Assembly (NCBI GenBank): GCA_905331295.1
Contig: CAJNYD010000333.1
Location: 186,001 to 221,351, forward strand
Length of the DNA: 35,351 nt
Reading direction: 5' to 3'
Origin: Rotaria socialis
Lineage: Eukaryota
Both the position numbers and the translations under genes were made by a program. This document shows positions 11,176-22,814 of this stretch, piece after piece. The notes beneath the pieces were generated by a model, which saw nothing but the letters and a program-made list of their open reading frames with translations, had not been told where the DNA came from and did no database searches. The first letter of the stretch is position 1, and every line of letters begins with the position of its first letter.

Positions 11176-14100
11176 TCAATAAGCAGACGATGCAATTGTC
11201 GGTGCAATGTTTACTTTTCCCACACGTTTTTTTCCTTGATAGATTATTTTTCCTGATGCGACCATATCGATTGCTTTCGGATATAATTGTTGTTCGAGTG
11301 TACGTAAACGACTTTCTAATTGCATTTCGTTTTCAGTTGGTGTTACATGAATACTTTCTTGAGCTATGATGGGCCCATCATTATCGGTATCTGGTTCAGC
11401 AATGAAATGAACTGTAACACCTGTTATACGAATACCAGCTTGCAATGCATCACGAATTGGTGATGTACTATGACGAAACGATGGTAATAACGATGGATAG
11501 ACGTTTAATAATCGACCTCGCCATGCTTGAATAAACGATGGTGATAAACGACATGCATAACGATCAAGTACAACTAATTCGCAACCGTGTAATTGCAATT
11601 CGTCATCAATTTTTTGATCCTAAAAATTGAAAATTGAAATGAAAAATATCTATATTTTCAATTAAAAGAATATTTACTAAATCATAGTTTCTTGCAGCAT
11701 ATTTTTTTGGTTGTATAACTTTTGTTACAACAGATGGATATAGTTCATTAACACGAGCTATATCCGATAGACCAGCTAATGTTGAAAGTACAAGAACAAT
11801 TTCAAATGCACATTCAATTGTTGATGTTGAATATGCAAGAAGAGAAAGTAATGAAGTATCTAGAAAATGAGAAATAATAAGAATTTTGATGCTGTGTTAT
11901 TGATTTTTAATACCATTGGTTGAAATCAATACAGCACAACGTGTTTTATCGTTTGCGATGGGTTGTTTCATACGATCTTTAACAACAACAGGAGTATTAT
12001 TTGATGCAACCCCTGGTTTTGGATATTTAAATGAAATATTGTTTAATTGAACAATACGTTGTCGGGCTTGTTGAGGTATATTAACCGTTTTATTACGTGC
12101 TGGACTAGAGTCTAAATAGAACATATTTAAAGTTAAGGCTAACCGAGTTAACTATTTGATTTACTTAGTGAAGTAAGTGTTCCAAGAAGAAAACATGTTG
12201 TATATGTTTGTGTCAATTGTTGAAGAATATTTTCAACAGTTGATTTTGTATGATCGACAATAATTAAATAATCAATGCCACAATTAAAATTTTCAAACAT
12301 TTCATCTTGACTGAAACCACTCTGAAATGAACAAAGTTGTATTTTATTCGTAAAAAATTGATTAGAGCTTCTTTTTTTTTGACAAATGTATTCTCTCGCT
12401 GTCTCTCTCTCTGCTTACATTTTGATAAATCCATGTAAAAATGGGCGGCATAACCGGCCATTGTTGTCCATTTAGTTCTGCCGTTAATGTTCCTGCTGAA
12501 GAATCAAGTGACGATTGGATCATACGAGCGAGACCGTTATCTAAAGAAATCAATAGGAAATTTCCATATTAAAATATTCGATTTTATACCTTTTATATAT
12601 CGTATAACTTTAATGGTACGATTTAAAATAAGTTCATTGATAACATCAGTCAATGCCGATGTTAATATCGATGATTTTTGTAGTAACAATGAAAAAAATG
12701 ATTCTTCTTCACCATCAGTATTTCGAAATGGTAATGTATCATTTAAATGAATATTTTTCTTTTGAAATAATTCTTTTAATTGAATATAACCTTGACTATT
12801 TATTGCACTTGAACTACTTCGAAGTCCAATTAAATAGTCACCTTCGTTTATAATCGGATTATGATTGTCAGTATTAAGGGCGAATAATTCTCGGTTGCAA
12901 ACACCCGTACACAATGCATTAAACGATGATGAAATGGATGTTGTTTTAAGAAATGTACAATTTAATTGTTGACATGCTTGTTCAATGCCTTGATAAAATC
13001 GTTGAACCGAACGTTCATATGTTGATATGGGTGATGAACAACATTGAATATATAATGGGCGAGCATAACTAAGATCATTGGCACAACGAACAGCTAATTC
13101 ATAGCCAAGATATTCAAATACAGTTTGACTATCGTTCATATCTTTGTCATTCAAATTGAATAACTGAAAACGGAAGAGTATAAGATTAAGAGAAAAAAAT
13201 GTCATTTTAGGAAAAAACTTACAGCCGCCAAAGGATTTAAATTTATTGTCGATGAAACAAGAACTGGTTGTGTAAAAGTCTTGAGGTCAATTTTAGTCGA
13301 AATATCAAAATAGGATTCGCCTTCAAAAGTATTTAAACCATCCATAAGTCTATTATTTGGATAGATATTCATAAATTCTAATTTTGGAATATCCGATGCG
13401 GAGCCAAATGCACGTTCAAAATCCATTGGTTCAGTTTCTTCATCATCATCATCGCCGTCATCTGTTTCATCATCTTCATTTGCTTCGGAATTCTTCAGGT
13501 TTCTACCACGTGTTGCCATACCACTTCCTTTTTTATTCGCCATTGTTGAAATAGAATTTTTCTTCTTTGACTTTTTCTTTTTTCCATTTGTTAAACCGCC
13601 TGATGTTGAACTAGCATGATCACCATGCGTTTTAAACCTAAAAATTACAACGAAAATTTATCATTTTTGGTCCGGCTCATTCAAAGTTCAGAAAATCAAA
13701 TGATAATAGGATTAGATTAAATTGATCGTATGGATCAATACGTGTCTTATCCACTATTGAGGGCTACTCCACCGGGAATCGTTCTTGCGCATTCGAAAGA
13801 AAGTAGGACAACTCACGATTTCTCTCACTATGATAGAAATTTTAGAGACCGATATTGTAGTAAATCTACTTACCAATCAATGGCTTGAGAGCCAATATCA
13901 GATTTAAATGATAGATCCTCAATATTTGCTTGTTCTTTAATATATTCACAAGCAAGTACAGATTGAATTTGTGCTTCTTGTAATGTTGAACCATATCCTA
14001 ATACATTGAAAATTCTTTGACCATTTGTTGTTATAGAACCTGTTTCTACTCCTCCGGCGAAAACGTCTGTTTGATTATGAAATATTTTAACTTTATTATT

Positions 14101-16171
14101 TTTTGCTGCAGTGATTAAAATTCTATTCGGAATTGATAATGGAATTTGCTTTGATATTATGCTTGTGTTCACACAAAAAAGACGCCGTTTTTTACTTGTC
14201 AACGGTAGAATTGTAACAGACGGTAAATCAAGTGCATATTGAAGAAATATATCTGATTCGTATAAAGATAAAAGTACTTCACTTTCGGGTTCTTCAAATG
14301 TTGATTTATAATCAAGTAATTGTATTTGATTATAATTTGTTCCTTGAATAAGTAAACGAAAACCAAATAAATGACGAATCAATGGCGAACATCGTAATGT
14401 TCGTTCAACAATGCGTCGACGAACGAAGGATAATTGTTTCGATGTTAACTGTGGACATGGACCATATGCACCAAAACCTTCGGGATCTGATTCTACGATT
14501 GGTAATTGTGTATAATCACCATCGCCATCGCTCACGATGTAGAGTGTACATACACGACTTTCATCCAATGAATAACCATGTTCAATAATCACTGATTGAT
14601 TGTTGTCACCAAATAAGTGATCCTGAATAAAGATTTAAATTTTATCTGATGTCAATTATTGTTGTTTGTCAAGGAAAGGTATCGCAACAAAGTATTGGAA
14701 TAGAAAATTCTCATGCAGACGTTATGAGCAGAGAACTATAGACGAGTGTTTCAAATATCTATCGTTATACGGAAAAGTAGACGTAGCTGGGAATATGCGC
14801 AAGACCTAAATTGCGCCATCTATCGGAGAAAAGTCGCTCCCCTTTTGATGCCCTAGAAAATTGAATATAGAAATGTTTCTTGAATGGTCGATAGTAAACA
14901 AGCGGGAGTAAGACAAAGATTTAGTTTTTATGCAATGTTTTCGACTTGTAATCCTCTGAACACTACTCATCACTTAAAGAAAAAAACTTTTCGAAAACAG
15001 TTTGATCTATATGGCAAAGTTTTATATTTATAAACTTCTTCGTATTACACACGAGAGCTTGTTTATAGTTAAATATTAGAACAACCGGTTATAATCCTTT
15101 TCCTGAATTTCTGAGATACGATTGAACTCTATTGATCTTACTTGAAAAACTTCTTTAAGCGTTTGTAGAGCTTCATCGTGTGTATTACAATTAACGATTC
15201 GATTTCCATTCGTAGAACGAAAAATCCATAGTTGTTGATTTGAATGTCTAAAGTAAAGCATTCATAAATTTCTTTTAATCACTCTAGTTTTCTTACTTTG
15301 TTAAAAATTCTTTTCCTTCATCTTGTTTCGTACAATGAATCCAATCCAATGTTGGTATTTGATGTTTAGTCATAAATTGTTTTGCATTTAAAAGATCGTC
15401 ACTCAAAGCTAATGTATCAACTGAACAACCTAAATAATGAATACCGCGTTCACCTAATTGTGCTTCAAGATCTTCATAATAAAATGTTTTATTCAATGAA
15501 ATAACAAGATCGATCTGTTTTGTATCAACGAATTCCAAAATATCTTTATCTGTCTTCAACGTATTGGTTACAATAACTGATGATTGATCAGTTATAATTC
15601 CACTGTTAGCTGGTGAACAATAAATTTTTAAATTTCGTCGTTGAGTTAATCTCCATACAAACGCATGTTCACATGATGTTAAACCTAGAACGAGTATTGT
15701 TGCTGGTGATGGTTGTGCTATTGATGTACATGTTGAAAAGGCATCATTATCATCTATTCGGGCAAGTACACGTTCGAAAACATGTAAATCTGATGCTGCT
15801 GTATTAACATCGTTGTTCAATGATTTTGTAAATAAGACTCGATCGATTAATTTTTGTAAAGTTTTCGAATAGATTTTTCTCGATGATGAAACAAATAAAT
15901 TTCCACCGAGCTCTTTTATATGTAATAAACGTTTTGTTGGAACTTCAATAATTGGCTGTGTTATGATATCATCGACGTGATCTAACTGTTCTTTGATTGA
16001 ATCAGCAGATAGTTCGGTTTCATTATCAATTGATAAACCTGATGAATTGTATTGATTTTGGGCGACATTTGTCGACGATGATGACGACTGGTTCTCGCCT
16101 TGGCGAAGGGCGCCGGTTGAGGAAATTCGCAACCGCTTGGTCACGACACCACGGTTGTTCACCTGCGACAT
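11176..16171 (-). CDS. Divergent trifunctional GART-like protein (GARS-AIRS-GART domains), 10 exons, ~1273 aa, probable pseudoenzyme
   Basis: Exons 16171-15297, 15247-15142, 14622-13874, 13637-13223, 13163-12590, 12540-12419, 12321-12165, 12111-11914, 11859-11678, 11619-11176; all GT-AG and phase-consistent (3822 nt). GARS-like: ILVLGLTSCEHAFVWRL, AKQFMTKHQIPT, FKSDIG. AIRS-like: EGDYLIGLRSS..INSQGY, EMFENFNCGI. GART-like: RCAVLIS, LLNVYPSLLPSF, TGVTVHFI, GPIIAQE. Confidence 0.88.
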
Positions 16172-16401
16172 CTGAAAGAAACCGAATTAAGAAAACGCTC
16201 AGTAACAATTTATAGCTTCAGATATTTATACAACTTAATATTTCATTAAGTCAAATTCATCATTAAATGCGTTCTGTTCTTTCAAAGTTTTTGATTTTAT
16301 TTAAAAAAGTTCAAAAAAGAAATTTTCTAACAAAATTTCATAGGTGAAACGTTTCGTAGTTTGTTGGTTGTTTATTTTGTTACTTTTTGTGTGTATCATA
16401 G

Positions 16402-16517
16402 TTAGAACCAATCGAAAATAAAGAAAAACCTCTCAACTCAACAGATGACGCACATTTACTCAACCAATTAATTTCAAGCAATAGCGCTATTTAAAGCTTG
16501 CTATCGATTGGTTCTAA
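16402..16517. promoter_or_regulatory. Putative promoter of the GART-like gene with inverted CCAAT boxes
   Basis: Perfect 14-bp inverted repeat ttagaaccaatcga (16402-16415) / tcgattggttctaa (16504-16517), each containing CCAAT. It encloses a third ccaat, atgacgca (16445) and the palindrome aatagcgctatt, 230-350 bp upstream of the ATG. Confidence 0.5.
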
Positions 16518-16742
16518 TCTAGCTAATCACAAGTGTCATTCAACAACTCTCCATATGTTGTATGTTTTTCGAGTTTAACAAGGAAAAGAACAGAACTTCA
16601 TTATTTCGAATTGCACGGATAAAAACTAGATCGTTGAAATTACTTTTCTTTGCGCTATTCTTTATAGTCAATACATTATATTACTCCCTCTGTGATTGCA
16701 ACACATCAAAATAGTTCTTTTTATATAGAGCGTACAGACAAC

Positions 16743-17145
16743 TATTTGCAGGGTTGGCTGATGTCGAGTCAGTTACTTCGTACAGTTTTACTGTGTGTTA
16801 AAATTAAAGAAAAAGTATCGAAAAACTCGACAAAGAAAAAATCGAAAAATTTGACCAAAAAAACCAAAAAACATCGAAAAATTCAAAAAAAAGAAAGTTG
16901 GCGAATTTACTGAAAATGTTTCTATGGAACTCATACTTCGAAATATTTGTGGACCTTTCTATGGTCTGCAATCGTGCCATTAACATCAGGCAACACAATA
17001 AGCTGCTTGCGCAAACCAACCCTATTTTTTTTTATACTTATATTGCACTTTAGTGTATATATTTTCTTTATCGATGCAAACTACTTCATGAAACAAATGC
17101 TAGAAAAAAATGAACTAGATGTAAACTACAAAACCGTAAGGCGCA
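16743..17145. repeat. Copy A of a ~400-bp direct repeat
   Basis: Aligns with 18409-18788 from tatttgc(a/g)gggttggctga to taaggcgca. The core 16933-17024 differs from 18564-18655 at only 3 of 92 nt. Confidence 0.9.
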
Positions 17146-17519
17146 TGAATAAATGTGCAGTGTTCTTGAACCGTATGATGGCTCCTTCGTCATACAGTCG
17201 CTAGAAATATTCTTTCTAATATCATCTGAATGTATATATTTATTTTAGATGCAAATTACCAATCATTTGAAGTTTATAATAGGCAGTAAAAAAGTATTGA
17301 TCGATGTGAAATCAGCGCTGCTTTTCCAAATCAAAATTTTATTTTTCTAAATTCGATGGACGATTATTATATTGACCAAAACAATATTTTATAATTGTAC
17401 GATTAAGCAATTCTTCGCTAATTTTCGTTTAGCAAGTTTTAGTATACGGCATTTCAGACTTGAATCATTGACGGGCAACGAAATGACTTGTGTTCAAAAG
17501 TAGTGTCTATTTATTGCAT

Positions 17520-18030
17520 TAAAAATGTAAAGTGTTAAAGACAATTCACTTTAAAAGTTGCGCGATCTAAAATTCCAAATTTTGATGTGTAATACTATGA
17601 TCAATGATCGTGCTTGGTGGTGGATTATATAATTAATGAATATTTTTCTCAAAAAATCTCGAACAACCGCGTCTCTTAACTATAATCATTACCCATTTCA
17701 TAGACAACTTGACGTTATCCATCTCCAACATCATCTTAATAATTAGACAGGATTTAGAAGAAACAGTTCTATATCTTAGTTTTCGAACTTTAGCTCGAAT
17801 ACAAACACTGATACACATTGTGGATGAGTTGTTACAAGAAGTGCTTCTACTGATACTTACTTACTTCTTTTTATCATGATAAGAATCAATACCAATACCG
17901 ATTAAACTTTTTAATAGAAAATAAAACTAGTACATTTTTTTTCTTAATGGAATAGGAATGGACTGAATTGCTTCACTTAATTTAGTCGATAGTCATTGCA
18001 CATGCACAAGCTCAGTGACAAAGAATAATG
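17520..18030 (-). pseudogene. Decayed partial tandem duplicate of the piwi gene (PIWI-domain exons)
   Basis: Collinear patches match 19260-20110, e.g. KWVMIIVKRRGCSRFFEKN vs [19 protein letters not shown] and tttttatcatgataagaatcaataccaata (IGIDSYHDK). Intron remnants are retained; several internal deletions and frameshifts. Confidence 0.85.
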
Positions 18031-18408
18031 CCGTTTTACTTGACAAGTTTTCATAAAATGTGCAACATATTTTTCTCGAGTAGGATGGAAGAGAAATTTT
18101 ATGCATCTGCGTGTTTATCAACGTGAAATAAAAAATATTGATATAATAGTATCGGATCAGGTTCTGGAAAGAAGTAATTTTTCTGCTCCTTAATAGATCA
18201 GTAAGAAAAATAATTGAACTTTGAAATATCAAGAGAATGAGAAGCAAAATTTAAATTTTCCTCAACTCGTGTACATTTGATTTAAGCTGTTTGTCAACTG
18301 AGTGTCAAAATCGAGTGGAGAAGAATCTTGGATGTTTTGCCACGCATATAGATTTTTTTATCTTTAGAAAGATTCATTATATAGCATGTTTCTACCTTTG
18401 TATCTCTA

Positions 18409-18788
18409 TATTTGCGGGGTTGGCTGACGTCGAGTCAGTTACTTCGTACAATTTTACCGTTTGTTAAAATAAAAGAAAAAGTATAAAAAAAACTTGACAA
18501 AAAAAAGACATAAAATATCGAAAAATTCAAAAAATAGAGAAAGGTGGAGGATCTACTGAAATTATACTTCGAAATATTTGTGAACCTTTCTATGGTCTGC
18601 AATCGTGCCATTAACACCAGGCAACACAATAAGCTGCTTGTGCAAACCAACCCTATTTTTTTTATAAACAATTATATTAAGCTTTAGTGTATATATTTTC
18701 TTTATCGATGTAAACTCCTTCACGAAACAAACGCTGGAAAAAATGAAACAAGCCGAAATAAATGTGAACCGAAAAATCATAAGGCGCA
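18409..18788. repeat. Copy B of the ~400-bp direct repeat (3' flank of piwi)
   Basis: Same alignment as copy A; begins ~200 bp downstream of the piwi stop codon. Confidence 0.9.
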
Positions 18789-18993
18789 CAAACTAATAAT
18801 GTATAAAACGAAAACACTGACTAACGCAACATATATATGACAATACACAATACGATGAAATGAGGGAAAAATCATACAGCCGTTTCGAAATGAAAATAAA
18901 GAAATGCTTATCTGTTAAACAAAACAATCAAATAACTATAACGAAATAATGCAATACAACGATAAATAAATGCAATATATATAATATATATAT

Positions 18994-21900
18994 CTATAAA
19001 TAGAAAAGTTTATTCGAAAGATCATGATTAAAATCTTGATGAAGCGATTGACCAACGAGATATGAGAGTTTATGAGCATATTGGCAAACCATCGGTACTC
19101 GAATAGTGCCCTAAAAACCAAAAAAGAGATTATCATGTTTTTTAAATAAAACATAAAACAATCGCTTACGGGCCAATTATAATAAAGATGACACCTAAAA
19201 CGAGAGATAGAAAAAGAATTATTTTCTATGAAAAAATGACTTAAATCTCAATTACAGTTTAAATGTAAGTCGTTGAATGTGATCCACTTTAAAAGTTGTT
19301 CGATCTAAAATTCCAAATTTTTCAATTAACAACAAGACAAAAGCAAACTTTATTTATTACCCCAAATAACATTGAAATGTGTTGGTGCTGCAGTGCCTTG
19401 TCTAGCACATTGAGAAATAAGATAAAAGTCAAACCAATTTTGATGTGTAATAGTATGATCAATGATCGTGCCTGGTGGTGGATTATATAATTGGTGACTA
19501 TTTTTCGCAAAAAATCTCGAACAACCACGTTTCTTCACAATAATCATTGCCCATTTCGGTCTTCAAAAAAAAAAGACATAACACTTTGAACTTTCGAAAA
19601 CCCTATTTCGACTTCACTTACGCATAACCTTCTTGTACTTTATTGAATGTTTCTTCGATTTGTGGTAGTTCATGTTCATAGACAGCCTGAAGTTGTCCAT
19701 CACCAACGCCATCTCGATAAATTACGATTCGTTCAGGCATTGCATTATTTTGCATAAAAAATGCTTTTAATGCATCTGAAGAATCAAACAGAATTTTAAA
19801 AAAAGTCGTTCTAAATGTTTGTTTTTCAAAAATTTACCTCGGATACAAACACTGATGCCATCAACCAGCTCTTGAGTTGTTGTTTGCATCACAATGCGTG
19901 AATAGTAAGATGTACATTGAGGATTAGTTGTTGCAACAAAGGCTGCTACTGATACTTGTTTACGTTTTTTATCATGATAAGAATCAATACCAATAACCAT
20001 TAAACTTTTTGACTGAAAAGAAAGACACAGCGATGGAAGAAAAACAAACAGACAGCTTTCCCCTCTTACTGGAATAGGAACTGACCAAATCTCTCCACCT
20101 AATTTAGCTGATATTTGAATACCGATTTTTGTTGCCACGGACATCAATTGACCACGTTTATTTAAAGTTTTTAAAAGAACCATCTAAATAAATATTTATT
20201 GGTTCTTTACGATTGTCTCTGACAAAATTATTACTTGAGATGGTACAGCTGTATCCATGCATAAGAATTTTTTCAATGCATCATACCGATCTTTTCGATT
20301 ATTACTCAATACACAAAGAACAAGATTGTATTGCTGATTGAGACAATACTGCTCCAATGCTTTCAAATATGTTTCTGGTCGATCATTTTGTAATTCAGCT
20401 CTATTAAAATAATAATACTAAAAGCAATTCTCCAATTGAATACTTCAAACTTACATTTCAGGATATTCTACGCGCATACCCTACGTATAGATAAATGAAT
20501 TGAAATTTTTTTAGAATAAAAATAAATCTTACCATTGGTGTGCACACATTATAAAGTGTATTTATGAGTTCATTAGCAATAGGTTTTTGTTTTCCTTCAT
20601 AAACAACAAGCCATTTATCCAAATGACCTGGTTTTAAATGACGACAACTACGACCTAAATGAGAATAATCATACACAATTGAAATTTATCGAAGTAACAG
20701 GCAAGGGATTTTTTGAGTGCTCGTTTAGAAAATCTCAATAAATTAGAATGATAGTCAAATGAAATAATTATTCGTATTTTCTCATACCATCACGACTCCA
20801 ATCAGCTTCTTGTTGTTTATATCTGACTGAACGATCACTATAATTAATTGTTTCTGGTTCAAGTGTACGAGCTTCAAGTTCAACTAAATTATCGTCTAAT
20901 CTTAAATTCCACTTGGACATATACTGACGACAACGAGGTGCTCTAAGATAATAAAAATTGAATTTTTTTAATAATTTTCTTTTCTAATATAACATACGTA
21001 TTAATTGTATTAACCATATCCATCAATGATTGATATCGAGGTGTTGGTTCAATATGCGTATGTGAAGCTAATTCTTTCATAAGATTAAAATCATTACGCA
21101 TAGAATCCGAAATACCTAAAAAAAACATAAAAATGTAAAAACAATTTTTTTTTCTCATAATTTTCTCTTTAACCAGTTTCACGGCAAAATTCAGGAATTA
21201 ATAAAATAGGTCCTGTAATTCCCGCTCGTCGATTTTGTCGTGTTGGTTTCGATACAAGCAATGGTTGCGTATGATCAACTATTTGTAATTGATAACGCTA
21301 AAATCAAAATGATTTTATTTTTTCAAAAATTCGCTTTCTCATTCAGCATACTTCTTGGTAATAATCAATTAATGACATTTCAGTTCCATCACGTTTTGCA
21401 AATGTAATTTGAGGTGTTTTATCCCATGCAATATCGTCAACTTTATATGTTTTATGATTATATCTATTGGAGGAAGAAAAGTAAATAATCTTTACTAACA
21501 ATAAGAAAATAAAATGTACGTTGTAATAACAATTTGTCCGATTAATTCTCGCATTGCTGTATCTTGTGCAAGTTTATATTCTTGAAATTGTGCAAAAATA
21601 TTTTGTAAACGTTGATAAATACTAACATTATTAATAACTTTATGTGATAGATCAACATTCATCATTAAAACACCTTCATAAACGTTAATAGCTGTTTCAA
21701 AACCGGGAAATAATGTTAAACTAAATCGATCGATATCGATTTTTTTATCGAATTGATAATATGAGCGACCGATCATTCTCATGCCAGCTAGTTCCAATAA
21801 TCTTTATAAACATAAAGGAAAATAAATCAAACGTGTAACCCTAAAATTAGATTTTTCTTTTTACTTTCTCATGATTAAATTCGATAAATGGAAAAAATTC

Positions 21901-22814
21901 GGCGATTCAGGACCTTGCACAGCAACTTTATGTAATTGCATAGTTATATCTTGGCCAATACCTTCATGAAATGATTTTGTTTCATAATCCTAAAAGAAAT
22001 TTATCAAGAAAAAAACAATTTTGCGTTGTATTTAATTCATCTTTACGTACATCACCAAGGTCATTAAATGAATATAATGTTTGCCCATCAAATGCAACAT
22101 CTTGTAAAACACCTTTATGTTGTGCTATGAAGAAAACAATAGAAGTTTAGTATTGCATATGAAGATTAGCAGAAAAAATTACCGAGTAATTCTCGACGCG
22201 TTTTTCTAGAATCAATACTATCGGGTATAAATGTAACATGATATTGATAAAGTGACCATTGTGGTGCAGATAAAATACGAACATAATTTGCAATTAATGG
22301 AATCAGCTCGCCTGATGTTCCCTGTTTTTCTGATCCCGGTTCACGAAAATTTACACGTGTAGGATCAACACTACGTCTTTGAGAATCATCATGTATCGGT
22401 GGTCCACGAGAGCGACCTTCACGATGTTCACCAATCGACATTCCAGCCATATGTGGTGCTAATTTATCAAGACCACGACCACGAGGAATACTCATTGTAC
22501 CGCCACCACCAATGCGACGTATGGCACTTTGTTGTACTGCCGGTGCAGCTTCGGTTGTCGACCATTCCGATGTTGGTGTGTCACTAGCTGAAGGAACAGT
22601 CGGTGTTGGTGCTGATGAAGTTGTAACTGATTCAGTAGGTGTCTGAAAAAAGAACGCGGATTAATTAAAAGAAAATATTTAGTTATGAAAAAAAAACAAT
22701 TACTTCACTCGTAGGCGCAGTGATACCGGCAGCACCACTTGGTTCACTACTTGCTTCACCTGGTATCACAGGACGACTACGGCCACGACCACGAGCACGA
22801 CCACGCTCACTCAT
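18994..22814 (-). CDS. piwi: Piwi-clade Argonaute, ~19 exons
   Basis: ATG 22814 gives [12 protein letters not shown] (Piwi-type RG/RA motif). [20 protein letters not shown]...[99 protein letters not shown], ending NKLFYL* (stop 18994-18996). D-E-D-H tetrad present. Confidence 0.96.

Noticed and set aside
14820..14975. Possible intronic C/D snoRNA (minus-strand GTGATGA)
   Set aside because: No CTGA D box at a suitable distance and no terminal stem.
16172..16231. AG acceptors just before the ATGs of the GART-like gene, piwi and the GIMAP gene as SL trans-splicing or operon evidence
   Set aside because: Plausible cis donors exist at normal intron distance (16231; ~22898), so ordinary 5'-UTR introns explain them. 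The GIMAP upstream region lies outside the window.
16933..16970. U1/U7/SL snRNA-like look (atactt start, atttgtgg Sm-like site plus small hairpin)
   Set aside because: Lacks the U1 5' ACTTACCTG, a U7-type site or a leader plus donor; the small hairpin is weakened in copy B.
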